This document shows positions 1-13,222 of a stretch of 64,000 nt of DNA, in pieces. The translations under genes and the position numbers were made by a program. Under the pieces are notes generated by a model. The model ran no database searches, was not told the DNA's origin, and saw only the letters and a program-made list of their open reading frames with translations. The DNA comes from Eledone cirrhosa (lineage: Eukaryota): contig OZ024751.1 in assembly GCA_964016885.1 (NCBI GenBank), positions 6,944,001 to 7,008,000 on the forward strand. Direction: 5' to 3'. The first letter of the stretch is position 1; each line of letters opens with the position of its first letter.

Positions 1-617
1 ACAAGTGTTTTTTTTATTTTGAAAGTGCAACAAAGAATAAACAAGAAACAAACAATAATATTAGTTATTTATCTTCAAATGAATGTGATGTTATATTTCT
101 GAAAAGTTGGTTATCTCCCTTTTTTATAAGGATTATCAATAAAGTTGGTTATCTCCCTTACATCAATTTTGCGACCGATAATTTTGATATCGGTTCTTAA
201 TTGCTCAACGTTGCTCGATTTGAAAAATGTTTCTGATGTGACAATCTTAGCGACCTGTGCAACGAGCACAAACAATTTGGTCAAATTCAGTTGGTAATTG
301 TAAAAGCCTTAAGTATGCAAAGTTGTACACAGACACACACATCCTAGCTTTTATATATATAAAGATATAGGAAAAGAGTCAGGACTCCGGCGGCTGAGCT
401 CCGGGCGTTACGATATGTACATCCGAAACAGTTCGATTCTAGCTGTTGAAAGGGCCGGAGCTCACTCGTCGGGGTCCTGACACGGTACGTATCACACACT
501 TTACTACCCTAAGTATTAATTACTCTAGTGTGTTATGACCCACCTGGTATCTTACCACACCCTCCTTGCAATATCTATATGTATCTCTCTATCTATCTCT
601 CTATCTCTCTCTTCCTT

Positions 618-671
<54 letters not shown>

Positions 672-755
672 GGAGGTGAGTTTTATTGTAGTACAATAAA
701 GCAATGCAGATATCGGATAAGAAGCACTCTACAGTTTGTAGGACTGGAGTATACA

Positions 756-1332
<577 letters not shown>

Positions 1333-1336
1333 TATA

Positions 1337-2009
<673 letters not shown>

Positions 2010-2293
2010 GTAAAAATATATGGGATTGAAAATTTACCCGGATCCCTGGAAGGTTGGTAAAATCCAGTATTTGGGTTTCTGCGACTCCTAAATCAAATAC
2101 TGTCCGCTTACATAAATAATGTTAGGCTTCTGGTAAGATGATTGAACAAGGGAGCCACTTTATCAACAGGTTTTAGTTCAACTGCTAATTCAAGGAGTGA
2201 CTATTACTGACCTCACGTGGAGTTCAGCAAGGCAGGCAGCCCTTATTTTAGGCGAATGAATTCAGTTGTGTATATTATTGCAAGAATGCAAAA

Positions 2294-2344
<51 letters not shown>

Positions 2345-3648
2345 ACGGCGATGAATTAGTTTGGCGAGGTTTTTGATATGAAATCGTGTGTCGAAACAAA
2401 TATTGTTATACTTTGGGAGGGTCATATTTGTGTAATAATATTGCCAGAATTAATAACAGAACACATTCACTCTTTGGTTGGTTTTCGCTTCTGTGTCTTT
2501 TATATCGGTTAATTTAATTGATTCGGTCCTCAATGTTACCATTGACTGACCAACGGTCAAACATACAGATACAATATAGACACAAACGCATATATCTAAC
2601 AAAGTTCTTTCGTTGCACATCTGCAACATAGTCAGTGGTGCTATTATATTTCCTCCCGTTGTATTGTATGCCTACGACATCTTCATTTAGTCTGTTTACT
2701 TATTTATTTATTTATTTATTTATTTTATTTCGTTGTCTTCTCTGCGCATGCGTTTGCGTGTGTGTATAGTGTTTTGTTTGATGTGTGTTCGTGTTTGGGT
2801 GACTGTGTATTGGTTATTGTATTCTATCTTAGTTTACTAGTGTGTGTTTATATGTGTTTGTTGTTATTGTGCTTGTGTATGTATTTATTTATTTATTTAT
2901 ACTTCTCTTAGGTCAGTGTTGTTTGTGTGGGTGTTGTTGTTATTCCATTCATTTTTTCTTTGTAAGCTTTGGCCTTCTAAGTTCTATTTCGCTGGGCTCT
3001 CTGGTTTGCCTATCTGCTGGGTCATTTCTATATTTAGATATTATTCTAATTTTCTACCACATTAATCTTTAAGTGGATCTTTCTCAGGGCCTTTCTATAC
3101 GGGTTAGCTAATTTCCCTACAGGGGTAGCGTCCACAAACATGACACTCTGGTATCTCTGGTTGTCGTATCATGAGGTGGCTTTCCATATCTTATGTCTAG
3201 TCCTATCTAAACTATTCTATGATTTGCTCCTGTATAATGGGCAAATTCCTTTCATGTCCAGTTCTATGAGGGTCTTATACTTCTCCGTGGCTCCTTCGTA
3301 TACTCTGAATCTGTCTATTTGGTTGTAGCCAGAGAACTGCATGCGGTTGATGAAGTGTTTGAGGTGACTTTCCATTTCTGTTTGGTCGCACATGCGGGAC
3401 ACATTCTTCATCACTCGTACCATGTCTGCGATCAGAATATTAAACTTAGCACTACTGGACATTGCGGAGTTTTTGAGTATCAGGTATTTAGAGGCCATGG
3501 GTTTAGCATAGTGTGAGTGGAGAATTTGGGCTCTTTCGTCTATTGTAGTAATCCAGAGTTCCGTGTCTAATACAGGTAGTCTATTGTTAGGGGGTTTGGA
3601 AGGGTAGTCGATAGTTACAGTTATACTCTGGTGTATGGAATTAGCTAT
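2345..3648 (-). mobile_element. Neptune-like Penelope fragment (RT thumb/linker, internally deleted, plus 3' pLTR)
   Basis: Translation SITVTIDYPS..RLPVLDTELW..HYAKPMAS..RMQFSGY..PLYRSK..YQSVMFVDATP is homologous to the 10770-11401 ORF; degenerate family-B HHR at 2598-2639. Confidence 0.8.
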
Positions 3649-4865
3649 GTGCCTTGCCCAAGGGAAACGCCCGCCAAAATGGAGTGCGCACTCTTCCAAT
3701 TCCTTTGGAAGAAGCGGGCTCCTATGGTGAGGAGATCCATCTGCTGTAAACACCCTTCGAAAGGAGGGCTGGGAATGCCGTGTCTAATGATACGTAAACA
3801 CGCATTAAGGCTACAGCACCTCCAGGCATTCCTCATCGGTCAACCGGTGTGGGCCCGTTTGTGAAGCGAGCCTTTCCCAGACTCGTCTCACTCACCGAGC
3901 TGCAATCATGGGTCAATCAAAGACCGAGAAAACTGGGCTCCTGGCACACCGAGTGTGCGCAGGCACTCACGGCTCTCTGGCAGGCAGACCCGGCTGTGAA
4001 TGGAGAATCCAACTCGTCATTCTATAGAGGTAGAGGAACTGGCCAACCTGTTCAGTAGGACATTCAGCCCGGGACCCATGGATGACTTCCAGAGGTCCCT
4101 GGCCTGTCAGTGCTACTGAGGGGCTCTGCCCGTTCGAGAAAGGCTCTATAGACACGGGCGCCCGGGTAGGGACCCCTCAAAAAAGATCTGTCCCAGATGC
4201 GTGTGCGACGAGGAAACCGTTGCACACGCATTGGTACACTGCTCGGGCTTGCCGATCTGTGGGGCTATGTTGAACAACTGCTGTCAAGTGTTGGACCGAT
4301 CCGGTTGACCACCGAGTCTATTGTAACGATCAAGCCGCCTCCCCTCTTCAAAAACGAAGGAGAGGCGGTGTTTCTGTGCGTTATAACCATGGCGAAAGAG
4401 GTTGTATGCTGGACGCGTCTGAAAGGACTGAGGTCAGACACCTTTCTCGCTGGCCAACAACTGGTCCGTTTCTTCCGATATCATTTCAGAAGAAGGATCA
4501 GGATGGAGAGAGAGTTGCTGCACCCCAGCCGTCTTTATGAAAGATGGGTGAAAGTGGCGAGAATGGCCCGTGTGAATGGGCCTTCACTCTACATCAGACT
4601 ATAAGTGAGGAAGATGAAAGATCAAGCGAGCACCCCCTCTCTGTGCTCCTGAGGAGAAGCGTTGCACCCTTTTTTTCGGGGGCTTGTGCGACCCACCAAG
4701 GCGCCTCCTCCCTATTGAGGATTTTGTTATAACATTTATTTTGTTATATTTTATTTTATTTTTATATTTTGTTATTGCCTCCTCCTTATTGATGACGCCT
4801 TTTCATGTAAACTCCCCCAATTGTATTGTCCCACTTTTTGATGCCCTGGTGGCAAATAAAAAGAA
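3649..4865 (+). mobile_element. 5'-truncated copy of the Tx1-like LINE (ORF2 C-terminus + 3' UTR)
   Basis: Near-identical to 8839-10112, with a short internal deletion near 4030; ends AATAAAAAGAA then (ATCT)n. Confidence 0.92.

Positions 4866-4936
<71 letters not shown>
4866..4936. repeat. (ATCT)n microsatellite between the two LINE copies
   Basis: Direct reading. Confidence 0.97.
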
Positions 4937-4937
4937 A

Positions 4938-6386
4938 AGGAAAACCCTCGACTATCTGCCAGTAGATATAACCAAAGCGAAGGAGCTACTAGCAGATGCG
5001 AAAAAATATATAGTGTACGGAGAAAATGGTTCATTCACAATCCATCCCCCCCTCCAGGAACTAAAAAGCCAGAGACTCCTAAACACGGTCATGTTTAGGA
5101 CAATCTCGAACAAAAGTAAAAAACCAGCTCAACCATCACAGAGTGAGATAGAGCTGGTTTTAAAAGACGTCATGAAGGACATCACCTTCATTCAGAAGGA
5201 TAGACTCTACGGGAGTCTATCCATTCTCATGAAGGACAGGGACACAGCAGTGAAACTGTCCATCAAACCAATCACATCCACCGCATACACCTTCTACCCT
5301 ACGTACATGGGTAGAAGAACACAAAAAATAAAAATCCACACCATCCTGCCGATTATGGACATATGGTGCGTTTTGACAGGTTTTCTGGACCTGGAGGATG
5401 ACATGCTGGTGTCCATGGGAAAGGCATCGGGTGACGCGTTCAGTGGAACGAGCCTCGAACTTGTAGTTCAAATTAGGCCCGAAAGGATCGCCCAGATCCC
5501 TGAACGCGTCATACTGGATGATCTAACCTTCATCAACATTACCGTTGAGAGTAGACGGCCCTCGTGTTACCTCTGCGGAACCAAAGGTCACCTGAGAGCT
5601 GTCTGTCCCCAACTTAATAAGAAAACCCCAATCCTGCCTACACCACCAACAACTGCACAACCAACACAATCACCACAACTACCACTACAAAAACAACCAC
5701 CACAGCTCAAACCAAAACAAAACAATGTCCAACCCATCCCCTCCACTCAAAAAACAAAAACAATTTCCAAAACACCCGTACCGCAAACACAACCCGAAAA
5801 TATACCCCTCCCCTCCAACGCGGAAGATGACCCTAGTTCGTCGTCAGACGAGGAGGAGCACTTCCACACAATCAAAAGAAAAAAAAGAAAACACACCTCA
5901 GACACACAAATGAAAGCAAACCCACCCCAAAACATAACACTGACACCAACACAAAAGAGCTCACAACAACAGCAAACAAAAAACACCACACAAAAACAAA
6001 AACATGCATACACATACATAAACACAAGAAACAAAAAACTGTTAAACATTGTGTACAACAACAATCTAATAAAAACACAAGGGCCTAACTTCACCCAGGC
6101 AGGGGATTTCCCCCAACTCAAAATAATTAAGGCCCCACAGGACACCTATAAAACTTTAAAAAACAATTTTAAAGAGGACGTGGGTCCCCCCTGCGTCGGG
6201 CCCATTAACCGCGTCCTCCTAAAAAACTATCCCACCCCCTCCCCAAACACCCACACAACTCCAAGCTCCCCAACCACACAACACACTGATGCCCCTACAC
6301 TTCCACAAACCACCACCCCACCCAACAACCCATCCGCCACCCTAATGGAAATTGTGCAGCCCGATACCCGGGACGCAGATAGGTAA
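4938..6386 (+). CDS. LINE ORF1 (gag-like nucleic-acid-binding protein), probably 5'-truncated
   Basis: CYLCGTKGHLRAVC zinc knuckle, P/Q/T-rich tail, KRKKRK basic patch; frame is open back to the (ATCT)n junction and the first in-frame ATG is at 5091. Confidence 0.8.
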   Translation, partial: RKTLDYLPVDITKAKELLADAKKYIVYGENGSFTIHPPLQELKSQRLLNTVMFRTISNKSKKPAQPSQSEIELVLKDVMKDITFIQKDRLYGSLSILMKDRDTAVKLSIKPITSTAYTFYPTYMGRRTQKIKIHTILPIMDIWCVLTGFLDLEDDMLVSMGKASGDAFSGTSLELVVQIRPERIAQIPERVILDDLTFINITVESRRPSCYLCGTKGHLRAVCPQLNKKTPILPTPPTTAQPTQSPQLPLQKQPPQLKPKQNNVQPIPSTQKTKTISKTPVPQTQPENIPLPSNAEDDPSSSSDEEEHFHTIKRKKRKHTSDTQMKANPPQNITLTPTQKSSQQQQTKNTTQKQKHAYTYINTRNKKLLNIVYNNNLIKTQGPNFTQAGDFPQLKIIKAPQDTYKTLKNNFKEDVGPPCVGPINRVLLKNYPTPSPNTHTTPSSPTTQHTDAPTLPQTTTPPNNPSATLMEIVQPDTRDADR

Positions 6387-6410
6387 GTGCCTTTTCTCTT
6401 CACCACCAAC

Positions 6411-9400
6411 ATGGCTATGCTAAGAGTAGGCTGTTTAAATGCGCGTGGCCTGGGCTCAACTTGGAAGCAAGCAATGCTTCTAAATGACCTCAGGTCACAA
6501 CGTATAGATGTGATGGTTATTTGCGAGGCCCGGATCAGCAACGTGCGACAGCTGGCCCCTACCTTTGATGACTTTGAGATGCACGCATCTCTCTGTCAGC
6601 CCGGAGGTGGGGGTGGAGTTGTCGTTCTGCTGCAAAAACATCTGGGCCTCGCAACACAGATGGTACATTTGGACCCGGAGGGTCGACTAGTGGTTCTGGA
6701 CCTTGGCAGTGGTAAAGGCGGAGCGTTTAGGTTGGTAGCCACCTACGGCCCTTTCAGGTCAATGCGGCCGGACTTTTTCCATCGTCTGGAGACTTTTCTA
6801 GGGACGTCGCACTCCTTGCTATTAGTGGGGGACTGGAATGGTATCCTAGATGCACGCTGGGACTACGTAGGGGCCTGTCCCGATAGAGAGGGGTGTAATA
6901 GCCTCAAAGGGTTAATCGGTCGATTTGACCTGGCCGATAGATATCGACTAGATTTTCCGACTGCGCCAACCTGGACTTGGGCAAATCGTAGCGGAACATC
7001 TAGGTCGTACCTATATAGGTTCTTAGTTAGAATTAAGGATAAGGACTTTTTAAGTTGTCCAAAAATGCGCATGGTTGGCTATTCAGACCACAACTTAGTG
7101 ACCTGCATGGTCAACCTTGACAGAACTCATAGACAGGGACCCGGTTACTGGAAGCTCAACTTGTCCTTACCGGCAACTAAGGCTTACAGGAACCGGATTA
7201 GCACTTTAGTTAAGGAGCGGTTGACGGGCGCCATCGTCAACAGCAGGTGGTGGGGATCTCTCAAAAGAGAGATTAGGAGTAGTCTCTATAGAATTTAGTA
7301 AGGAGTTAGCCTCCAATAGAAATAGGAAGGAAAAGGAGTTGGTAGATAGTGTAGAAGAGGCAATTAGAAGCGGCGACGTGGCCAGAGTGCTAGCGTTGAG
7401 AACGGCCCTGGGCTAGTTCTTCGACGCGAAACACGAAGGCTGCATCGTCCGAAGCAAAATACGTGCTCTGGGAAACGAGGGGACCAAAGCTGTTAGCTGG
7501 GCCCGCGTGACAGAAGCCAAAAGAGGGAGCAGATCCACTATCCGGTCTTTGCGAGACCAGGATGGACGGGTGATCCTTGAACCTAAGCAGATGTGCGAGG
7601 CTTTTCAAAAGCACTTTGCCGAATTGTTCGGAAGGGGCGGGGGGCCGGTTGGGGACGTGGACTTCGGTCCATACCTCGACGGCCTGCCGCGTCTCTCGGA
7701 CAGTGAGGCGAAGTCCTGCGAGGAGCCGATTTCAGCTGCTGAGATAGAGGACGTGCAGAGCCAATGCGGCAAACGCAAATCCCCGGGTCTCGATGGTCTT
7801 CCATACGAACTATATCTAGCTATGCCGGACTTGTTCCCCGAACTCCTCGAGGCGGTCTACTGCAACTGGCGACAGAACGGGAGAATTCCCTGTGCTGTGA
7901 CCAAGGGCCTAGTCACGCTAGTGAGGAAGGACGAGAACAAGGGGCACGATATAAATAATTTCAGGCCCATAACTCTGCTAAATACAGAGTTACAGATTTT
8001 GGCCAAGGTGCTAGCAAAGAGGTTGGCGCTTGTCGTGGGCAACCTGGTTGGAGATGCGCAGACATGTGCTATCCCGTCCAGGTCCATCCACGATAACCTC
8101 CACCTCATGCGATACATCATAGAGAGGGTTGGGAACGAACCCGGCTTTGGTGGGGCCCTGATCAACTTGGATCAATCTAAGGCATTCGATAGGGTCGACC
8201 ATGGTTAGCTGGATGCGGTGCTAGCGGCGGCAGGCTTCGGACCCGTTTTCAGGGGCTGGATCAATGCCATGCACAGCAGCCGCATCTGCTCTAGGGTCAA
8301 GGTGAACGGCTACCTCTCGGAGCCGTTCGAAATCGCGCGGTCCATCCGACAGGGGTGCCCTCTCTCCTCCCTTCTGTATGTAGTGACTCTAGAATCACTC
8401 CTGCGGAAGTTAGAGTTGTTGCAGGGCATCCCGTTGGAACCGGGATTGCGGAAAGCGGTGTCAGCCTACGCCGATGACGTAACAGTAATGGTGTCGACGG
8501 CCTCGGAAATCGGGGCGATCGGCACCTTACTCGAGGAGTACGAAAGGTTTACAGGGGCTAAGCTGAACCGGGACAAGTCGATCGGTCTGCAACTCGGCAC
8601 GTGAAGTGGCAGATCGATGCCCTCCGATGGCGTCGTCGGGCGCTGGACGGAGGGCCCGGTGAAATTGCTCGGGGTCTGGTTCGGACCAGACCTGCAGGTG
8701 GAGAAGAACTGGGATGAGGTGACGAGCAGGGTGTTTGCACTGACCCAGAAGTGGGCCGAGTGGAAACTGTCCCTGAAAGGTCGGGCGGAGGTGGCGAACA
8801 CTTATATAGCGTCCGTCATCTATTTCCGCCTGACCGTGGTGCCTTGCCCATGGAAACGCTCGCCAAAATGGAGCGCGCACTCTTCGAATTCCTTTGGAAG
8901 AAGCGGGCTCCTATGGTGAGGAGATCCATCTGCTGTCAACAACCTTCGAAAGGAGGGCTGGGGATGCCGTGGCTGATGATACGTAAACACGCATTAAGGC
9001 TACGGCACCTTCAGGTATTCCTCTCCGGTCAACCGGTGTGGGCCCCGTTTGTGAGACGAGCCATTCCCAGACTCGTCTCACTCACCGAGCTGCAATCCTG
9101 GATCAAGCAAAGACCGAGAAAACTGGGCGCCTGGCACACCGAGTGTGCGCAGGCGCTCACGGCTCTCTAGCAGGCGGCCCTGGCTGTCAGTGGAGAATCC
9201 ACCTCGTCATTCTATAGAGGGCTGGTGGTTAGCAGGTGCGACGACGCCCTCGGAGAAGCCCTAGGCATGGAGGAAGACGAGCTGGCCAACCTGTTCGGTA
9301 GGACATTCAGCCCGGGACCCATGGATAACTTCCAGAGGTCCCTGGCCTGGCAATGCTACAGAAGGGCTCTGCCCGTTCGGGAAAGGCTCTACAGACACGG

Positions 9401-9850
9401 GCGCCCGGGTAGGGACCCATCGAAAAAGGTCTGTCCCAGATGCGTGTGCGACGAGGAAACCGTTGCACACGCATTGGTACACTGCTCGGGCATTGCCGAT
9501 CTGTGTGGCGTTATGTCGAACAACTGCTGTCAAGGGTGTGACCGATCCGGTTGACCACCGAGTCTATTGTAACGATCAAGCCGCCTCCCCTCTTCAAAAA
9601 CGAAGGAGAGGCGGTGTTTCTGTGCGTAATAGCTATGGCGAAAGAGGTTGTATGGTGGACGCGTCTGAAAGGACTGAGGTCAGACACCTTTCTCTCTGGC
9701 CAACAACTGGTCCGTTTCTTCCGATATCATTTCAGAAGAAGGATCAGGATGGAGAGAGAGGTGCTGCACCCCAGCCGTTTCTATGAAAGATGGGTGAAAG
9801 TGGCGAGAATGGCCCGTGTGAATGGGCCTTCACTCTACATCAGACTATAG
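6411..9850 (+). pseudogene. LINE ORF2: AP endonuclease + reverse transcriptase + zinc finger, broken by stops and frameshifts
   Basis: CLNARGL, GDWN, YSDH (APE); KSPGLDGL, FRPITLLN, KAFDRV, RQGCPLS, YADD (RT); CPRC..ETVAHALVHC; stops at about 7413, 8206, 8602, 9168 and frameshifts near 7290, 8855, 9510. Confidence 0.93.
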
Positions 9851-10114
9851 GTGAGGAAGATGAAAGACCAAGGGAGCAACCCTTCTCTGTGCTCCTGAGG
9901 AGAAGGGTTGCACACTTTTTTCGTGGGTGTGTGCGACCCCCCAAGGCGCCTCCTCTCTATTGAGGACTTTGTTATAAATTTTATTTTTTGTTATATTTTA
10001 TTTTATTTTTATATATTGTTATTGCCTCCTCCTTATTGAGGACGCCTTGTTTTGTAAACTCCCCCCATTGTACTTGTCCCACTTTTGATGCCCTGGTGGC
10101 AAATAAAAGAAACA

Positions 10115-10149
<35 letters not shown>

Positions 10150-10150
10150 A

Positions 10151-10189
<39 letters not shown>

Positions 10190-10190
10190 A
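10115..10190. repeat. (ATCT)n tract at the LINE 3' end
   Basis: Direct reading. Confidence 0.95.
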
Positions 10191-10204
10191 TATATAATAA
10201 TCAT

Positions 10205-10372
10205 CACGGACGCTCTATCTCAAAATTATTTTTGAAAAGCATTAGAAATGCGCAACCGGTAAAACTTAAAACCAAAACTGAATACTAAACAATACTATTA
10301 CTAATTCTCACCTATTCCTAGTTAAACTATTGTTCACTGTGAACAATTTGTCAGCATTTTCTTTTCCGTTTA

Positions 10373-10377
<5 letters not shown>
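10205..10377 (+). repeat. Solo 3' terminal fragment of the PLE family at 44181-48361
   Basis: Matches 48175-48360 (ctctatctcaaaattatttttgaaaagc...ccgtttaccaata). Confidence 0.8.
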
Positions 10378-10429
<52 letters not shown>

Positions 10430-10619
10430 TTTCTGAATTTGTTTAGCAAGATTCTTTATCTGAAATCGTGTGTTGAAACCGATATTGTTATACTTTGGGA
10501 GGGTCATGTTGCCAATAAGAAACACACGCACCAGTTGCTTTCACTTCAATTTATTATAATAAATTTATAAATTTATGGTTGGTTGGTTGGTTCCACAACC
10601 AGATAGTTGTTTATATATT

Positions 10620-10662
10620 GTCATAGTTCTTTCGTCACACAATCTGTGACCTCTTCAGTGAC
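10620..10662 (-). ncRNA. Minimal hammerhead motif, family B (other copies 11601-11643 +, 23290-23332 -, 2598-2639 -)
   Basis: gtca-CTGAAGA-g-gtcaca/tgtgac-GAAA-GAAC-TA-tgac; the 11601 copy has CTAAAGA. Confidence 0.72.
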
Positions 10663-10769
10663 TGGGGATTCTTTTCTTTGTTTTTGTGCCTCTCCTTTGT
10701 TCTGTCCTACGCCATTTTGTTTCTGTGTGTGTGTTGTGTGCTCAGTCTGCGCATGCGCCACATCCGGAT

Positions 10770-11401
10770 GTCTGTATAGGAGCAAATTTTGGAATAGAAT
10801 AGAAAGAACTAGGAACAAGGCTAATAGAATAAACTCATGGTATGATAGCAACAAATACCAGAGTGTAATGTTCATCGATACAACCCCTAGAGGTGAATTA
10901 GCTTACAAATTTAGAAGGGCCCTAGATAAAGATAAACTCAATATTAAGATAGTAGAAAGACCAGGTACCTCCGTAAAAACACTTATTAGCAAGACATACC
11001 CGTTCCAAAGACCCTCATGTATAGATAAGAAATGTATAACCTGTAAAATAAGCCCCCATATTAACTGTAAAACTAGAAATGTAGTGTATAGCATAAGATG
11101 TACTGAAGGACAATGTAGAGACAAAAATATAGTGTACATAGGTGAGACAGCTCGTAGTGTAGGGGAACTGATAAATGAACACTGGCCAGACCTTCAAGAT
11201 AATAAAGAATCATCTGTACTCTACCAACATGCTAAAATAGAACACAGGGGTAAATTAGAGAACATAGAAATAAAAATAGAATCTATACACAGAAAAGACG
11301 CAATGTTTAGACAAATCACAGAGGCAATAAACATAAAAGAATTACAACCAAAATTAAATAGAAAATATGAGTGGAACAGCAACATCACAACTTACAATTA
11401 A
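10770..11401 (+). pseudogene. PLE C-terminal GIY-YIG endonuclease with Cys-rich linker
   Basis: CIDKKCITC..NCKTRNVVYSIRC..YIGETARSVGELINEH..RQITEAINI..LNRKYE. Confidence 0.9.
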
Positions 11402-11792
11402 GGACAAAATGAAAACACACACACATAGAACAAACAACCAACCAGTAACATGTAAATAAACAAATAAATAAATGAACATAAACACACACAGACACCCGGG
11501 TGTGGCGCATGCGCAGACTGAGCACACAACACACACACAGAAACAAAATGGCGTAGGACAGAACAAAGGAGAGGCACAAAAACAAAGAAAAGAATCCCCA
11601 GTCACTAAAGAGGTCACATAGTGTGTGACGAAAGAACTATGACAATATATAAACAGCTATCTGGCTGTGGAACCAACCAACCAACCAGAAATTTATAAAT
11701 TTATAAATTTATTATAAGTTTATTATAATAAATTGAAGTGAAAGCAACTGGTGCGTGTGTTTCTTATTGGCAACATGACCCTCCCAAAGTAT

Positions 11793-11827
<35 letters not shown>

Positions 11828-11914
11828 AAAGAAAGTAAGTGTTGGTAAAATCCAGTACTTCAGTATGCGGATAGGGATCACTCAACGAAGATATATGTTC
11901 CGGAGTTATAATAG

Positions 11915-12188
11915 TGACGAAACATAATTTGATAAACTCATAATCCTTTATTTACTGCTATATATATTTCGATGATAGCCATTGAATGGCTATGACCTAA
12001 TCAGGCAGTTAGTCAGTTCTTAGATATGCCAGCTCTGTGTTTATAGTGTTGCCTTGGAATATATGAGCTTGTTAGGAATAAGTTAATGTTGTCAGCAGGA
12101 ATAGTCTTAATTCTCATTGTTCAGTTCGTAGATGCTAGTATGGTATATGTGTGTATATGTGTGTATACATGTGTATATGTATGTATTT

Positions 12189-12269
<81 letters not shown>

Positions 12270-12420
12270 TTTATATATATATATATGTATGTATGTTTTA
12301 TGCGTGTATATATGTTAAATATGTATGTATTTTATATATATATATATGATATATATATATATATTTTATATATATATATATATGTATGTTTTATGCGTGT
12401 ATATATTTTATATATGTATG

Positions 12421-12478
<58 letters not shown>

Positions 12479-13222
12479 TTGTGCGTACATATATATATAT
12501 ACACACACCTGTATGGATTTGTGTGTGTAGATGTGTGTGTGTCTGAGGGGGTAGGTGTGAGTGTATGTACAAGTCAACCAACATAAGCCATGTATTTGTA
12601 AATTTTCTAAACTATCTAAGTATTGGACTCTAAACATTATTTAAAGTACTACCACTACACATTAATTCCTCAATTTGTATGTGTGGATGTGTGTGTGTCT
12701 GTGGAGATGGGTGTGTGTGTACGTGCAAGCCAACCTACATAAGTCTTTTTATTTGTAAATTTTCTACTCTAACCATAATTTTCGGTAGCACCACTCCACA
12801 TAAATTCTTCAATTTAAGAATGACCTGTAGTATCTATTTCATACTATTAACCTTAATTGAATATATATCTGACCAGGAATGTTTTTTGTGAAAATCAGTC
12901 ATATGAAACTAGTGTCATCTTGCCTGACGGTTTGAACTTTACAACAACACCTGCCTCTTTGAGGTCAAATACCAACCATAGTATCATCTACAGACTGACC
13001 AATGAGAATTAAGACAATTCCTGCTGATAACATTAAATTATTCCTAACAAGCTCATATGTCCAAAGGTTCTGTTACCATCAACACTATAAACACAGAGCT
13101 GGCATATCTAAGAACTGACTAACTGCCTCATGAGGTCATAGCCATTCAATGGATATCATCGAAATATATATAGCAGTAAATAAAGGATTATGAGTTCATG
13201 CAATTGACTTATGTTTCGTCAC
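11915..13222. repeat. Inverted repeat (11915-12122 vs 12998-13222) around a TA/TG-rich spacer; pLTR-like, one HHR per arm
   Basis: Reverse-complement match by inspection. Confidence 0.8.
13122..13177 (+). ncRNA. Hammerhead motif, family C (inverted copy 11954-12009)
   Basis: actgc-CTCATGA/CTGATTA-ggtcatagcca..tggctatcatc-GAAA-TATATA-TA-gcagt; each copy has a different single core change, consensus CTGATGA. Confidence 0.7.

Larger units (their letters stand above)
4937..10112 (+). mobile_element. Near full-length Tx1/L1-clade non-LTR retrotransposon, disabled
   Basis: Two-ORF layout, APE + RT + C-terminal CCHC, 3' UTR with AATAAA at 10102, (ATCT)n on both sides. Confidence 0.93.
10428..11800 (+). 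mobile_element. 5'-truncated Neptune-like Penelope element with inverted pLTR
   Basis: 10482-10768 is the reverse complement of 11497-11800, flanking a GIY-YIG ORF remnant; (TA)n on both sides. Confidence 0.9.

Noticed and set aside
3217-3753. 178 aa ORF as a novel fusion protein
   Set aside because: Chance read-through from antisense LINE sequence into a PLE RT fragment at the 3649 junction
8602-8604. In-frame TGA in LINE ORF2 as programmed readthrough
   Set aside because: Falls at a likely Trp codon (TGG to TGA) in a copy with several other stops and frameshifts
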